DNA of 64,000 nucleotides from Anthoceros angustus (lineage: Eukaryota; Plantae; Anthocerotophyta), in the NCBI GenBank assembly GCA_010909165.1, contig VJWM01000173.1:1-64000 (forward strand). Direction: 5' to 3'. This document shows, in pieces, positions 24,351-35,967 of this stretch (positions are counted from its first letter, which is position 1; each line of letters opens with the position of its first letter). A program made the translations under genes and the position numbers. The notes under the pieces were generated by a model, which saw only the letters and a list, made by a program, of their open reading frames with translations, did no database searches and was not told the DNA's origin.

Positions 24351-26779
24351 CCCGCCTGCGTGACCTGTAGATGACGCGGAACAAGAACTAGCGGGAAGGA
24401 AGAACTTCAGTTAAAATAGAAGCGTTTCCCCATTACAAACAGTCGAAGCCAAGCACAACCCAAGGAAGTCTACCGCGTGCACAACAATAGCTGCTTTCCA
24501 CCATGGGCCCGCATTGGACTCACCTCACTCGACCTCGTGCCTCAGGCAGCACTCGAGGATGCGTCGGCTCGCAGTTAAAGCATCCACTATGTCGACAATG
24601 CAGCCTCGGCGGCACCTATGGGGATTCTCACGAGAATCACGCGTTGCGAGACATCACCAACACGTATCGCGCACGCCAAAACCCACCGCCAGACTCCGAT
24701 CCCGAGCCATGGAGTGACAAGGAACGCGACTGGTGGGTCCGTGATTGGATTACCGTCATGATCTCGCAGCCGACTGCCACGGGGAGGAGGAGTTCAGGGC
24801 TGCACACCGAGATGTCTTTCGGATGAACGCCCTCGGTCGTCGCCGGGCACACCATTCGCACTTCTCAGGTGAACGATGGGATAGAAAGGGATGACGGTGC
24901 GGTATCGATGGTCGGCGACAACGGTCGGCAACGGTCCGCATGCTTGTGAGTGACTCCGCTTCAGGCAACATTCAATGTCATATGTTTGGCGCCTTGATTG
25001 TCATGCCTTGTATGCCAACAATGCGATGAAAGGCAAAACATTTGAGGCGCCACCATCGCTAGTGTGCATAACCTCCTTTTAACTTTGTCTACGGCGGGGA
25101 AAGCGTGGAGCTCATGCTCGAAATCTCGGTGAGCTCCCAAGCGGCGAAAGCAAGCCCGGAAAACGGACACTGCACCCAATGGCTGCAAAGCGCGTCCCAT
25201 GCCGCTTCGTCCTCCCTCTCCTAGGTCCATGCCTCTGCATTGTGGATCTTCATCCACAGTGGGCGTGCATCCGATGTGAACCCTCCACATCTGCAGTTCA
25301 TTCTGTCCAGAAAAAGACGACTTAGTCTGCACAACATCTCCGACTTCGTGCACGGCCTCTGCAAATTTCCGATTCAGTCTCGGTGCCTCTTCTTCCCTGG
25401 AGTCTCATCACCTCGGTTCTTTGCACCGCAGAGCGAGCCCCGCCTCGCATTCAAGCACTGATTTCGTCTTTCCGACCGCATCACCGGGGACGATCGCCTC
25501 GGATGTGCTGCCCCTCGCGGTTCCCTTTGCCTTTGTCTTCCCTTTCGACCTCCCCTTCGTCCTTTCCTTCTGCGGCCTGCGGATATGAACTCCTTCCTTT
25601 CCTAACGGGTCCATGGGCTGCATCGAGACACACATTCCAGAGACTCGGTTCCTTTTAGCAGAGCGGTGACCTTGGGGCAGGTGTGGGGAATTAGTAGCCT
25701 TTGTTTAATTCATGTCCATCCTCACTATCGCACCGGAAGGCAATCACTTAACACGGAACAAACAGGGACGCGGGTGCTCGGTGTCCGCCGACTGCATGAG
25801 GCACCACTCCATACCCTCCATTCCGCCAACCTCACACGCCCGCTTTTATTTCCAGCCACATCAAGTGTACAGATTCCGCTGCCGGAAAGGACATTCCCAA
25901 GGCCCACATTACCTCGCCTCACCACCTCCGAGGTGTACACCTCCCTCCACCAGCATGTACCTGAAGAGAGACGGGAGCGAGGACCTGCATACCAGTCCTT
26001 GATGGCAGACGGGAGAGCAACCTTTCCGTCTGCCCTTCGGGCAATGGACGGAGAGCAACCTTCCGTCCATCGCCCTTGATGGCCATCGTGACGGGCCCCG
26101 CCGTCCAATCCTTCATAGCCATACTCGGTGCCTATCTATAGGAGCCCACAACCTCCGCACACACCGCAATGTTGGAAGGAAGATAGTTGAGCACGGAAGG
26201 AAAAGGCGGCCGATGCGTGAACCAAAAACTATTGAACGCAATGAGTGGTGAATCCCCGCGACACCTTGGGCCAAGACTGGTCATGGACGCAGCTTCACAC
26301 ACAACCAACCCTACCCCGAGATCCGGTGGCTGGTGGTGACACTAACTCTGGCTGGGAGGCTTCCACTTGGCCATTGGAACGGGGGTTCCAAAAAGGCGAG
26401 GATACACACGCCGGCACAGCCACGGGTCCTTGACGGGCCATCGACAGCCTGTGGAGGTGTCCAAAGTGCAAGCCAGCCGTGATGCCCAACCCATTCGATG
26501 TAGGAATGCGGGAAGTCAGACCGCCTCGGCACACATCCGTGGACACTAGGGACGAGGGCTCGGCATCTGCACTCCAAGCGGGGGCGGGGCGGAGGGGTGG
26601 GGGCGAGGAGAGGAACGGTGGAGACGGGGTGGGGAGGTGGAGGGGAGTGATGTGGGGTTCACGGGTAGGCCTCAAACCGCAGGGAGGAGACTTAAGCAAG
26701 AGCTGGAGCTTTTCACAGCATGCCGTGAGTTCGTGAAGAAGCAAATCTCGGGAGAAGAGCCGATTTCTACACGCAATCG

Positions 26780-28680
26780 TGGCCTCCGGAACATCGGTTT
26801 ACTGGGAGAATCGATATCGATCATCGTCCGCGGCGACAAGCTTGCAGGCGGTGCATTGACGGCCATGGGCCAAGGACAACTTTGTCCTTGGGCCATGGCG
26901 ACCTTTGGTGGTGTCGCCCGACGTGAGTAGCGGGGTTTTCGTGGAGGTAAGCATAATTAATAAAAGCAATGCGACATCGAACAAGCATGTGTATAAACCT
27001 TGACAATGGTGCAGCAGATGGAGCGGCCCTAGGATGGCGGCATCACCCCAAGTGCACGCTTTGTAATGACCGGTATGATGACACATATTCATTTCACACC
27101 CACGCTATCCACGATGCACACACCGCTTGCACCGAGGTGCGCTGGGTGACGACACGGAAACGCTGGCCTCGTGGTCACCGGGGATTGTCTTTGGTCCATG
27201 ATGAGTCAATGCATGTCATGGTCCTTGGATTGGGAAATGCCCATGTCCGTGCATGTCATTTGTCCTTCTGCCATGACATGTACATGCATGACATGGTCCA
27301 CGGACATCGCATGACTTGGGCCATGACATGTATATGCATGTCATGGTCTTGACCATGGCATGCATTTACATGTCATGGCCGAACATATATAGTCACGAAT
27401 ATCTCGCTCACACATATCGACGGCCAAGCACATTCACAGGCATTTCGAGGGCCAAGGACAAATGCGACCTCCTGTCATTGCACAAGGATTTATTTGTCCT
27501 TGGGCCTCGACATGCATGCATGCATGTCATGGCCCACGGTGTCATGTCCTTGGCCCATGACATGCATGCATTTACATGTCATGGGCCAAGGACATGATAT
27601 GACCATGACATGCATATGCATGTGATGGTCCAAGGAAACATTTTTCCTTTGACCATGAAATGTATATGCATGTAAATGTCATGCATGACATTTATATAAT
27701 AGGCATGGGCCAAGGACATTTATATAATTGCCATGGGCCAAGGACAAATTTGTCCTTGGGCCATGACATGTATATTACAAGGCGTTTCATGGGCAAGGAC
27801 AACTTTGTCCTTGGCCCATGGCAATGCATGGCATGGTCTTAACCATGACATGCATGTCATGTCCGTGGGCCAAGGACACATTTGTCCTTGGCCCATGACA
27901 TGTACATGCATGGCATGGTGTGGGGACATACATTTTTAGTGAAGGACAAATTGTCCCCGCCCAGACATGTAAATTCATGTCATGGGCGAAGGACAAATTT
28001 GTCCTTGGCCCATGGAAAGGCAAGGCACATATTGGTGTCTATATATGTATAGTAATCGATGAGTGTGGTGTAGACTTCATTTGGGAGGACATGCTATTAT
28101 GAGGACTTAAAACACAAGGAGCGCATGATGAGGTGGCCAAACATGCATGGGGATGGGCCTAGTTGTCATGGGCCAAGGACAACTTTGAGCTTGGCCCATG
28201 ACATGTAAATGCATGGCATGGTCTTAACCATGACATGCATACCATGGGCCAAGGACAAAGTTGTGCTTGGCACATGACATGCATATGGATGTCATGGGGA
28301 AAACTTTGTCCTTCGCCATGACATGCATATGCATGTCGTGGCGGACATGCATATGCATATATATGACATGACATTTATATACATGCCATGGGCCAAGGAC
28401 AAAGTTGTCCTTGGCCCATGACATGCATGTCATGCCAAGGACAACTTTGTCCTTGGCCCATGGCATGTATATAAATGTCATGCATGACAATGACATGTAT
28501 ATACATGACATGGTCCAATGAAAATGTTTCCTTGGACCATGTCATGCATATGCATGTCATGGTCATGTCCGTGGGCCATGACATGTATATGCATGTTATG
28601 GGCGGACATGACATGACCATGGGCCATGACATGGACGATACCGAGGCCCAAGGACAAATAGTTCCTTGGGCAATGACAAG
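26780..28680. repeat. Palindromic satellite CATGGGCCAAGGACAA-N-TTGTCCTTGGCCCATG interspersed with CATG-rich spacers
   Basis: Dozens of half-sites occur in both orientations. A near-perfect 17-bp-arm palindrome lies at 27732-27765. Confidence 0.9.
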
Positions 28681-28839
28681 GTGGCATATGTCCTCTCGAA
28701 ATGACTGAATGTTCTTGGCCGAAATGTGTGTGCGAATTTGGTGACTATATATGTCTACGATAAGTGTGGTCAGTTGATTAGGTCCCACTTGTTATAATGA
28801 GGAGTTGAGACATAAGGGAAGGCGATGAGGTGGCAAACT

Positions 28840-31600
28840 TTGAATGGCGACGCTGCGCGCATGGCGGTCAGTCGATCGCGCATCGCATGCGCGTCTTGAC
28901 ATGGCCTATTACTTCCGCGACCGTCACCGGTGTTACTTCCACTTGCATCTTTTCAATCGTCACCTTGCGGTTGCAATCGCTTTGTCTCGCTCGCCTCCTC
29001 GCTCAAGCTTTCGACTTTGCGTTACAAAGATGGTGTGGGACGTGGACTTGAGGATTTGGCCGTGGCCGCCCGCCTAAGTCGCACCGACTTCAACTGCCGT
29101 GACACACCGCCGGTGAAGATGGCGTTCGGCCAAGGAGGCGCCCGCCGCCCGGGCAGCAAGCGCAATGGCGACTATGGCGGGCGGGCTGTGGTGGCCGGTG
29201 GGCAAGCACTGCGGTGAAAGGGACCACGTGCGCGCGGCACACGGTCATGGAAGTGTCACGGCTCGGCGGTGGGAAAGCGGCGAGGAGGTGGAGGTGGACC
29301 CATAGGGGCGGCTCCATCCGAGAGGAGGCGTGGCGGAGGTGGCACGGTGACACAGACACAGGGAGCGCCACCATGAAGATGGGCAAGTGTCCCTTCCAAG
29401 GTTGGAGGAGGCGGTGATGGCGATGCCCAGCAAGTTGCCCCGCCGAGGTGGGGATGGGAAGGAAGATGCTTCCCACCATCAACCCCCGCTGGGAGGAGCG
29501 CGCCTCCTATGGGCCAGGGCTGCTCCAGAGGGTTTTGGTCCTGAGTGAGGTGGCCCTTCCGTGGAGCGTGGTGGGTCCCTGGGATGAACATCGGTCCCCC
29601 CTTGTGGCATGGATGCCCTAGCAAGTGCGCCCACGGGCCCCATCCGCCTCCAGAGGTGGGACCACTTGCCTATGCCGACGGCAATGCGAGCGAGGTGCAC
29701 GCGAGCCAAGGGAGGAAGGCATGCTCCCGACCTCCACCGTGGAAGAAACTGGATGTGGGAGATGAGGACAGGGTTGAGGGGCAAGCCCCGAGGCAGACGG
29801 CCGACTCAGGCGGATGGAAATGGCGAGGCGAGGACAATTGCGAGGATGAGGCCGAGGTGGGTGACATGGAAGAACGGGTGACAGTGGACGACGTCCCACC
29901 ACCGCAACTCCGGCGAGATAGGAGAACTCACCACAGGCCGGTAAGCAACTCGACGACGCTATTGTCAGACAGGCTCCACGGGCGGGAGGAGTGTTTATGG
30001 TCGGCCACCGCGATGGAGGTTGGGTCGAAAATGAGGATCGGCGGGGTGGAGGATGAAGAAGGACTGAGGAGGGCCTTCCATCGCGTGTCTTGGAGCTAAG
30101 ATGACGTTGATGGTGCCGTGGACAAGCCATGATGAGAGTTTGAGGTAGAGGCTGGTGAGTATGGTAGAGGTTGAGTTTCCAGGTATCGACAGGGATGAGA
30201 TTGTAGCAAGGTTTGCAGGTGCATCACGGACAAGGAACCACAACGTAGGAAGAAGGTGAGGCAAGCCGCATTGATATGGAGGGAGAAGGGCAAGGATGCG
30301 AAATGGCTCCATCCGCCAAATGTCACCACGAAGGCATGGAGGAAGGCCGTGGAGCAGGGGGTGGTTACGTCGCACAAGAATGGGGGGGTGTGGCCAACAC
30401 CTTAGCAAGCCGCAACGCCCTGCAAGGCGGCAAAGCATGATCAAGGGACCAATCCCTTTGGTCCACTAGGGGCGAAAGATTTTGAAAGGAAGTTCGTGCA
30501 ACGTGGGGAGGGAGCGCAGGTAGAGGAGCTGGGCAGCGAATGGCTTGGAGAACATGCCGAGTATTGGAGAGGTAAGGGAAAAGGCATGGCGGTGGCGGAG
30601 AGGGCAAGTGGGCGAGGCAACGCTTGTCGAATGTGATCACTGGAGTGGCATGTGGATGCTTGGAGACGGAATGCAAGAGGGAAGCAATGGATGAGGCGAG
30701 GACAAGACATGCAAAAGCGTTGAAGAGGGTGGGGGGACAACGAGGAGAGGGAGGGAAGATAGTTGCTGGTGGGCAGTGGAAGAAGGGGGACAACGGTGGA
30801 AGTGGTGGCACCGACACGGAGGATCACACGGAGCGGTCGAAAAGTGTAAGTGCAAATGTGTAACATGTCATGCAAATGGCGATGCAATGGGCGAACATCG
30901 ATCAGCTGCTTGTTTCATGGTGGTCGTAAAAGAAGGAAGCCAGGTGGAAGGATGTGTGGGAAACGCAGAGCCTGTGAGGCGTGAGCAAGGGAAGAGAAAG
31001 CGGGCACCAAGCATGACACCAACAAGCAAAGGAAGAAAACGGCGGGTGCTACACCTGGAAGAAGAAGAAGAATCTTCCGCTGAGGACAACCAATGGGTAT
31101 AGCGGTGTGTGCAAGAAGCCTAAGTAGCAAAGGATTTAGTTTTATGTAGGAAGAAAGTGAGGGCTTGATCGAGGAGTTAGCCATCTAGATGAATGTGGTT
31201 CGTGAGCGCAGTGTGAAGAAGGGAGAAGCTTGTGGCTGCCCGAATCGATGACTCGAATGCATAATTGTGACATTCTTTGTGACACAAGCGAATTCTGGTA
31301 GGTGTGGGTTGACACGATTGCTAGGTTTGCATGTGTGAAAAGACGACGTGCACGGGTTGGGGAAACGACGACGCCATTGCTCATGGGTACCGGACAAAAG
31401 CATGGGATTAGTCCTCATGTACCACCCTTTCCCAATGTGGACATCAAGGTATGTATGTATAAAGGAACCTAGTTGTCCATGCACTCCGCAGTGGAGTGGA
31501 GGTGATGGACGAAGCAGCGTGTTGCCGCTTAAGTCAAACGATTTTGCAACCGCAAGAACAAGAGGTAACACGAATGTGCAAGATAGCCGCACCAAGAAGA
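28840..31600 (-). mobile_element. Degenerate L1/Tx1-type LINE (RT region and probable endonuclease tail)
   Basis: TRHVLQAI...TSFQNL (30365-30817) resembles the KAPG.DG region. GDIWRMEPFRILALL...SIPGNSTSTIL (29995-30444) resembles NWRPISLL...FIPGRSI.DN. FLPRWRSGACLPPL (29479-29784) resembles RGLRQGCPLSP. The order is correct but the sequence is very decayed. Confidence 0.6.
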
Positions 31601-32427
31601 GCGATTGCCGTCACAAGAATGTGCGATATCCGAGAGAAGAGAACGATATCGTGTACCGGAAATAAAAATCAGATAATCCAAAGGTTCATGTACAAATACC
31701 TACCTACAAGTAGGTACCGTACGTATGAAGGTAAATCCGTATCTACAAGTAGGTGATATGAAGGTAATGTGTATTCTATCTCTACCGATATCGTGCAAAA
31801 GCCATAAACAAATAGTATACAAGCCAATAATAGCTATGGTAAGCCATAAACAATTAGTATACAAGCCAATAATAGCTATGGTAGGGAAAAAGGTTGATAT
31901 AGGAATTATGGTCAGTGGTAGAGGAAGGAGACAATTAATGAGAGACAATTAATGAGCATGTTAGTGTGATATCCGTGTTTGGGCCATTAACAATAGTTGT
32001 GAAGAGAGAGTGCAATGAAGAGCAATAGGAAAACATTAACTAATTGTACTTCCAATGGGGTGTAATAAAGAGGGGATAGAGAGAGAGAGAGGGTCCTTGT
32101 TACCATGTTGCATTTGCATGAGGGAATTCGTAAACAATGCGTATGAGAGAGGGGATGTAGTTAAGAGGGTGAAGTGGTAGGAGAGAGAGCAAGGTTCGTG
32201 TTAAGATTGTAGGCCTAATGCGGAAAGAAATGACAAACTTAATACCCAGCCTCCAAATGATGTTGCAAGTTACAAGTGTAACATAAAATTGCAACAACGA
32301 CTGTAACATAGGGGGCCATTTCTAGCACTTAGCTAAGTGCTTACTCCAGAGCTGCTAGTTGTAAATGCCATATGGGGTTACTCTAAATATTTTAGTCAAC
32401 CAGCCATTCATGAAACATCCATGTTTC

Positions 32428-33774
32428 TTAGGATTCATTTGTATCTTCAGAGTTTGATATAGTCGTCACATCTTCAGCTTTTGATTTAGCTTCTGCAAGT
32501 CGGCGATTTGCTTCGATGCATTTTAGAACTTTTGATTTAGCTTTAGCTTGTGCCGAAACGATTGGTTCAGGTTGTTTTTTCAAAGAAACTTGAGTCTTGC
32601 TCCTAACAGATAGGTTTTTAGCTTGAATTTTTCCTGAACCAATTGATGTTGCACTATTATGATTTAAAACAGGTTGTTCCATGTGCTTTGAACAAGACTT
32701 ATGTTCCATACGTCCTGTTGTTGAAGTAAATGTGTTCGAACTACCTAGATGTGGATGTATGAACTTTTCAAGCTTGTCATCGGGGTGTTCCATAGGTCCT
32801 GTTGCTGAAGTAAGTGTCTTCAAACTACTTATATGAGGATGTCTCCACTTTTCAAGCTTGTCATTTGGGTATTCCGTAGGTCCTGTTGCTAAAGTAAGTG
32901 TCTTTGAACTACTAAAATGAGGGTGTCTCCACTTTTCAAACTTGTCATCTGGGTGGTTCACAGGTCCTGTTGCAGAAGTAAGTATCCTCGAACTACCTTG
33001 ATGAGGATGTCTCCACTTTTCAAGCTTATCATTTTGGTGTTCCATAGGTCCAGTTTCTGAAGTAAGTGACTTCAAACTATCTACAATGTCATGAAGATGT
33101 CTCAACTTTTCAAGCTTGTCATCTGGGCATTCCATAGGTCCTGTTGCTGAAGGAAATGTCTTTGAACTACCTATATAAGAATGTCTCAACTTTCCGATCT
33201 TGTCATTTGGGTCTTCCGTAGCTCCTATTGCTGAAGTAAGTGTCCTTGAACTACCCACATGAGGATGTCTCAACTTCTTAACCTTGTCATCTATTTCAGA
33301 AATAATATCTGTCATAACTTTTACATATCTTCCTCGATGGAGTTTTATATTCGAACTATCAATGGGATTAACATTTGAATCTTCTACTAAGTTATCCCAC
33401 TCATAGCTTGTTTGTTCCATAATGTTCTCTAATGTTCCTTTATGAAACAAGAAAAAATCTTCAAATGTTACGGAGCTTCTTTCTTGCTCTTGTGTCTTTA
33501 GATTTTTAAATTTATTTTTTGAAATATCAAACATTGCTTCATATGAAAATATACTTCCTGGGTTCACATGTATACTTTCCTTTACAATATGAAGTAAATT
33601 TTCCTTGATCTTTTGAAAGATTTGAGCATGCAGCACTACATAGTGGTTAGAAATGTTGGCTAACTTGAAAACTTCTTCAGTTGCAAGTAAAAACTTATCA
33701 ACATTCTCTGGTATCAAAGAGTTACTGCGGTTAATGGCATATTCCAATATCCTTTCATGTTTAGATCGCGACAT
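32428..33774 (-). CDS. Intact 448-aa orphan ORF with seven ~28-aa repeats (DDKLEKWRHPHxxSSKTLTSATGPMEHP)
   Basis: An ATG-initiated 1347-nt open frame in AT-rich DNA, where long ORFs are unlikely by chance. The DNA period is 84 bp (ttttcaagcttgtcat at 32765 and 32849). The repeats diverge without disrupting the frame. No family was recognised. Confidence 0.6.
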   Translation of the reverse strand: MSRSKHERILEYAINRSNSLIPENVDKFLLATEEVFKLANISNHYVVLHAQIFQKIKENLLHIVKESIHVNPGSIFSYEAMFDISKNKFKNLKTQEQERSSVTFEDFFLFHKGTLENIMEQTSYEWDNLVEDSNVNPIDSSNIKLHRGRYVKVMTDIISEIDDKVKKLRHPHVGSSRTLTSAIGATEDPNDKIGKLRHSYIGSSKTFPSATGPMECPDDKLEKLRHLHDIVDSLKSLTSETGPMEHQNDKLEKWRHPHQGSSRILTSATGPVNHPDDKFEKWRHPHFSSSKTLTLATGPTEYPNDKLEKWRHPHISSLKTLTSATGPMEHPDDKLEKFIHPHLGSSNTFTSTTGRMEHKSCSKHMEQPVLNHNSATSIGSGKIQAKNLSVRSKTQVSLKKQPEPIVSAQAKAKSKVLKCIEANRRLAEAKSKAEDVTTISNSEDTNES

Positions 33775-35967
33775 CTTGATAGATAACCTTTCAACACATC
33801 ACATAAATAATTAATTAGATAAACTTCTCGTTAAAGTTATCTCAATTACTTTAAAGTGGAAAAGATAAATTGAACACAATAAATGATCTAAGATCTTCTA
33901 CTTGGTCTAAAATATGAAAGCTATGCAAATCAAACTGCATCTGTCATGGGATTTAGTGTCCAACCACAAAGGTAGGTGGTTCAAGCGTTTTCGAGCTAAG
34001 GTCAAAGATAACTTGGTAGAATCAGTCTTCAAACTTTGGGCTTTTCCTCCAATTGTCTTGTACTTATAGCTGACTGGGCTTCTTAATTAAGCTTCCACTC
34101 TTACACTGAAAAAATAAAAGGTACGTGAGTACTTATTATGTAGGAGCAAATATACATATAGTAATCATAGCAGGTCTTAACTAGATATAGAGATTAAATG
34201 AAGTAATAATATTATTAATCTTACTAGAACAATATGTAAAATTGAAATCAATTGAACATAACAAATGACCTAAGATCTTTTGTTTTTATCCTAAATATGA
34301 GAGGTATTATGTAATTATTTTTGGATAGTACAGCGCGTTACAATCCTTAACTGAACCTTTTTTATAAGGGAGTGGGCAACCCTATTTAAGAAGTTACTAT
34401 CATATAAAAAAATTCTACATTATGGATCTTTGTATAGCAATGTATCTCAATATCACTCACCTTAAGATAATACTTCTGGCATGTACCTGAAGAAAATTAT
34501 GGCATCAACCTTTAGATACTTATGGCATCGACAAGACTATCTCATGTTGTAGGCACCTCACAAAAGTAACCTGATGTGAACCTTGTTAGAAATGTAAGAG
34601 TTTAACAACACATCACTATTAGAATGTCATGGGGTGGAAAACCAAAGGCCATATAAACTAAGATCAAAGGTCAAGTAGTCCAAGTGAACAGGCTAGAGAC
34701 TAGGACTATATAAGTTAGTCTATGTAGTACCTAGCATGTAGTAGCAAGATAAGTTAAGTTGAGCTAGCTAGTTTAGAGGTTGAGTAAGTATTCTTTCAAC
34801 GTAGATACTTCTTAATTTTTTGCAAACCCAACCTCGACGCTTAAAGTATGGGCATTTGATTTATTATTACTTTAAAATTAATACGGACATACAAAACTTA
34901 TACATGTACATTAATTGATTGTTTAAATTCCGCAAATCATTGTTCTTGTACCCACGTTCACCTCGCCCAATCGATTGCAAGCCCGTCACTTGCGAGAAGG
35001 GTCTGAACTTTGAAGCTTCGGATCCGAGAGGGCTTTATAACAATCTGCAATCACTGCCCCGCAAGATACATTTCACTTGGCTTGGTTCGGATTTGCAGCT
35101 GTGTCTATATCCAAATCGAAAATGAGTGCCATAATGGACCGTCTTCGGGGTCCTTCGCGAAGAGGGTCCAAAATTAGTGTCCATCAAAAATCACACCACT
35201 GGACAAGTGGACTGGTGGCATGAGTTCCTCCTTTTCAAAGATCTCTTGATTTGATGAGCATCATGTACAAGTCGGGGTAACAGCCTAGGAGTTGTCACTA
35301 GGCGGGTTGTCTTCCCGTCTTTTCAACTCCAGCTTCAACGGTTATCGTATGGGAATTGTGGAGAAAGGAATCCGTTAAAGCTCACTGGGACAGACTGGGA
35401 CGCAGAGGTAGTGGAGGCATATCATGACGAGATTGCTTCCACTGAGGCTGCAGTGGCCTTTCCCATCCCAGTGCAGTCACACCCAGCTGAAAGGTCCTGT
35501 CACTAGGGCGCTACATGCTGAGATGAAAAAAATCGGATATTCCATCTGCAGTTCGTGAATACTTTTTCTCACCTTCAGCTGAATCTGCTGCAGGATGTTC
35601 TGCGGTGGATAATCTTGGATTGTGACAGTCCAGAGGAGAGGGAGATACCAGATCATTCATGGGGTCAGTGATTTCTGAAACACATTGGCAATGGCAGACT
35701 CCCTTTTTTAGCCGCTGCTCATTGGCAGGTATGCCAGTCTGGAGGTTTGTTCTTCTCTTCCGTTTCTTAACCTTGCGCCATGCACCAGCAGGTGCAGGCT
35801 GATATTAGGAAACTGAAGACAGATCTGCATGCACTTGAGACTGACGCTGTTAGATTGAAAGGAAACCGCTGAAGGTGGGCGGGGAAGAAAGCATGGAAGT
35901 CAACCTACGGTCCATGATAGTTTACCAGTGACCCATGGCAGCTTTGATATGCTCCCTCGGAGTCCAC

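Noticed and set aside
24600-25640. Possible PIF1-like helicase motifs on the minus strand (VPGDAVGKT; THQSRSLSL...RYVLVMSR)
   Set aside because: The matches are short, lie in different frames and lack a convincing Walker B. They cannot be supported without a profile search.
31976-32308. Possible solo LTR (TGTT...AACA)
   Set aside because: The flanking 5-mers (ATCCG and TAGGG) do not match and there is no second copy in the window.
35000-35900. Possible hAT dimerisation-domain remnant (ATAASVEAISS) on the minus strand
   Set aside because: The flanking sequence reads as a generic Ser-rich linker with stops, and the WW motif is absent. The region is left unassigned.
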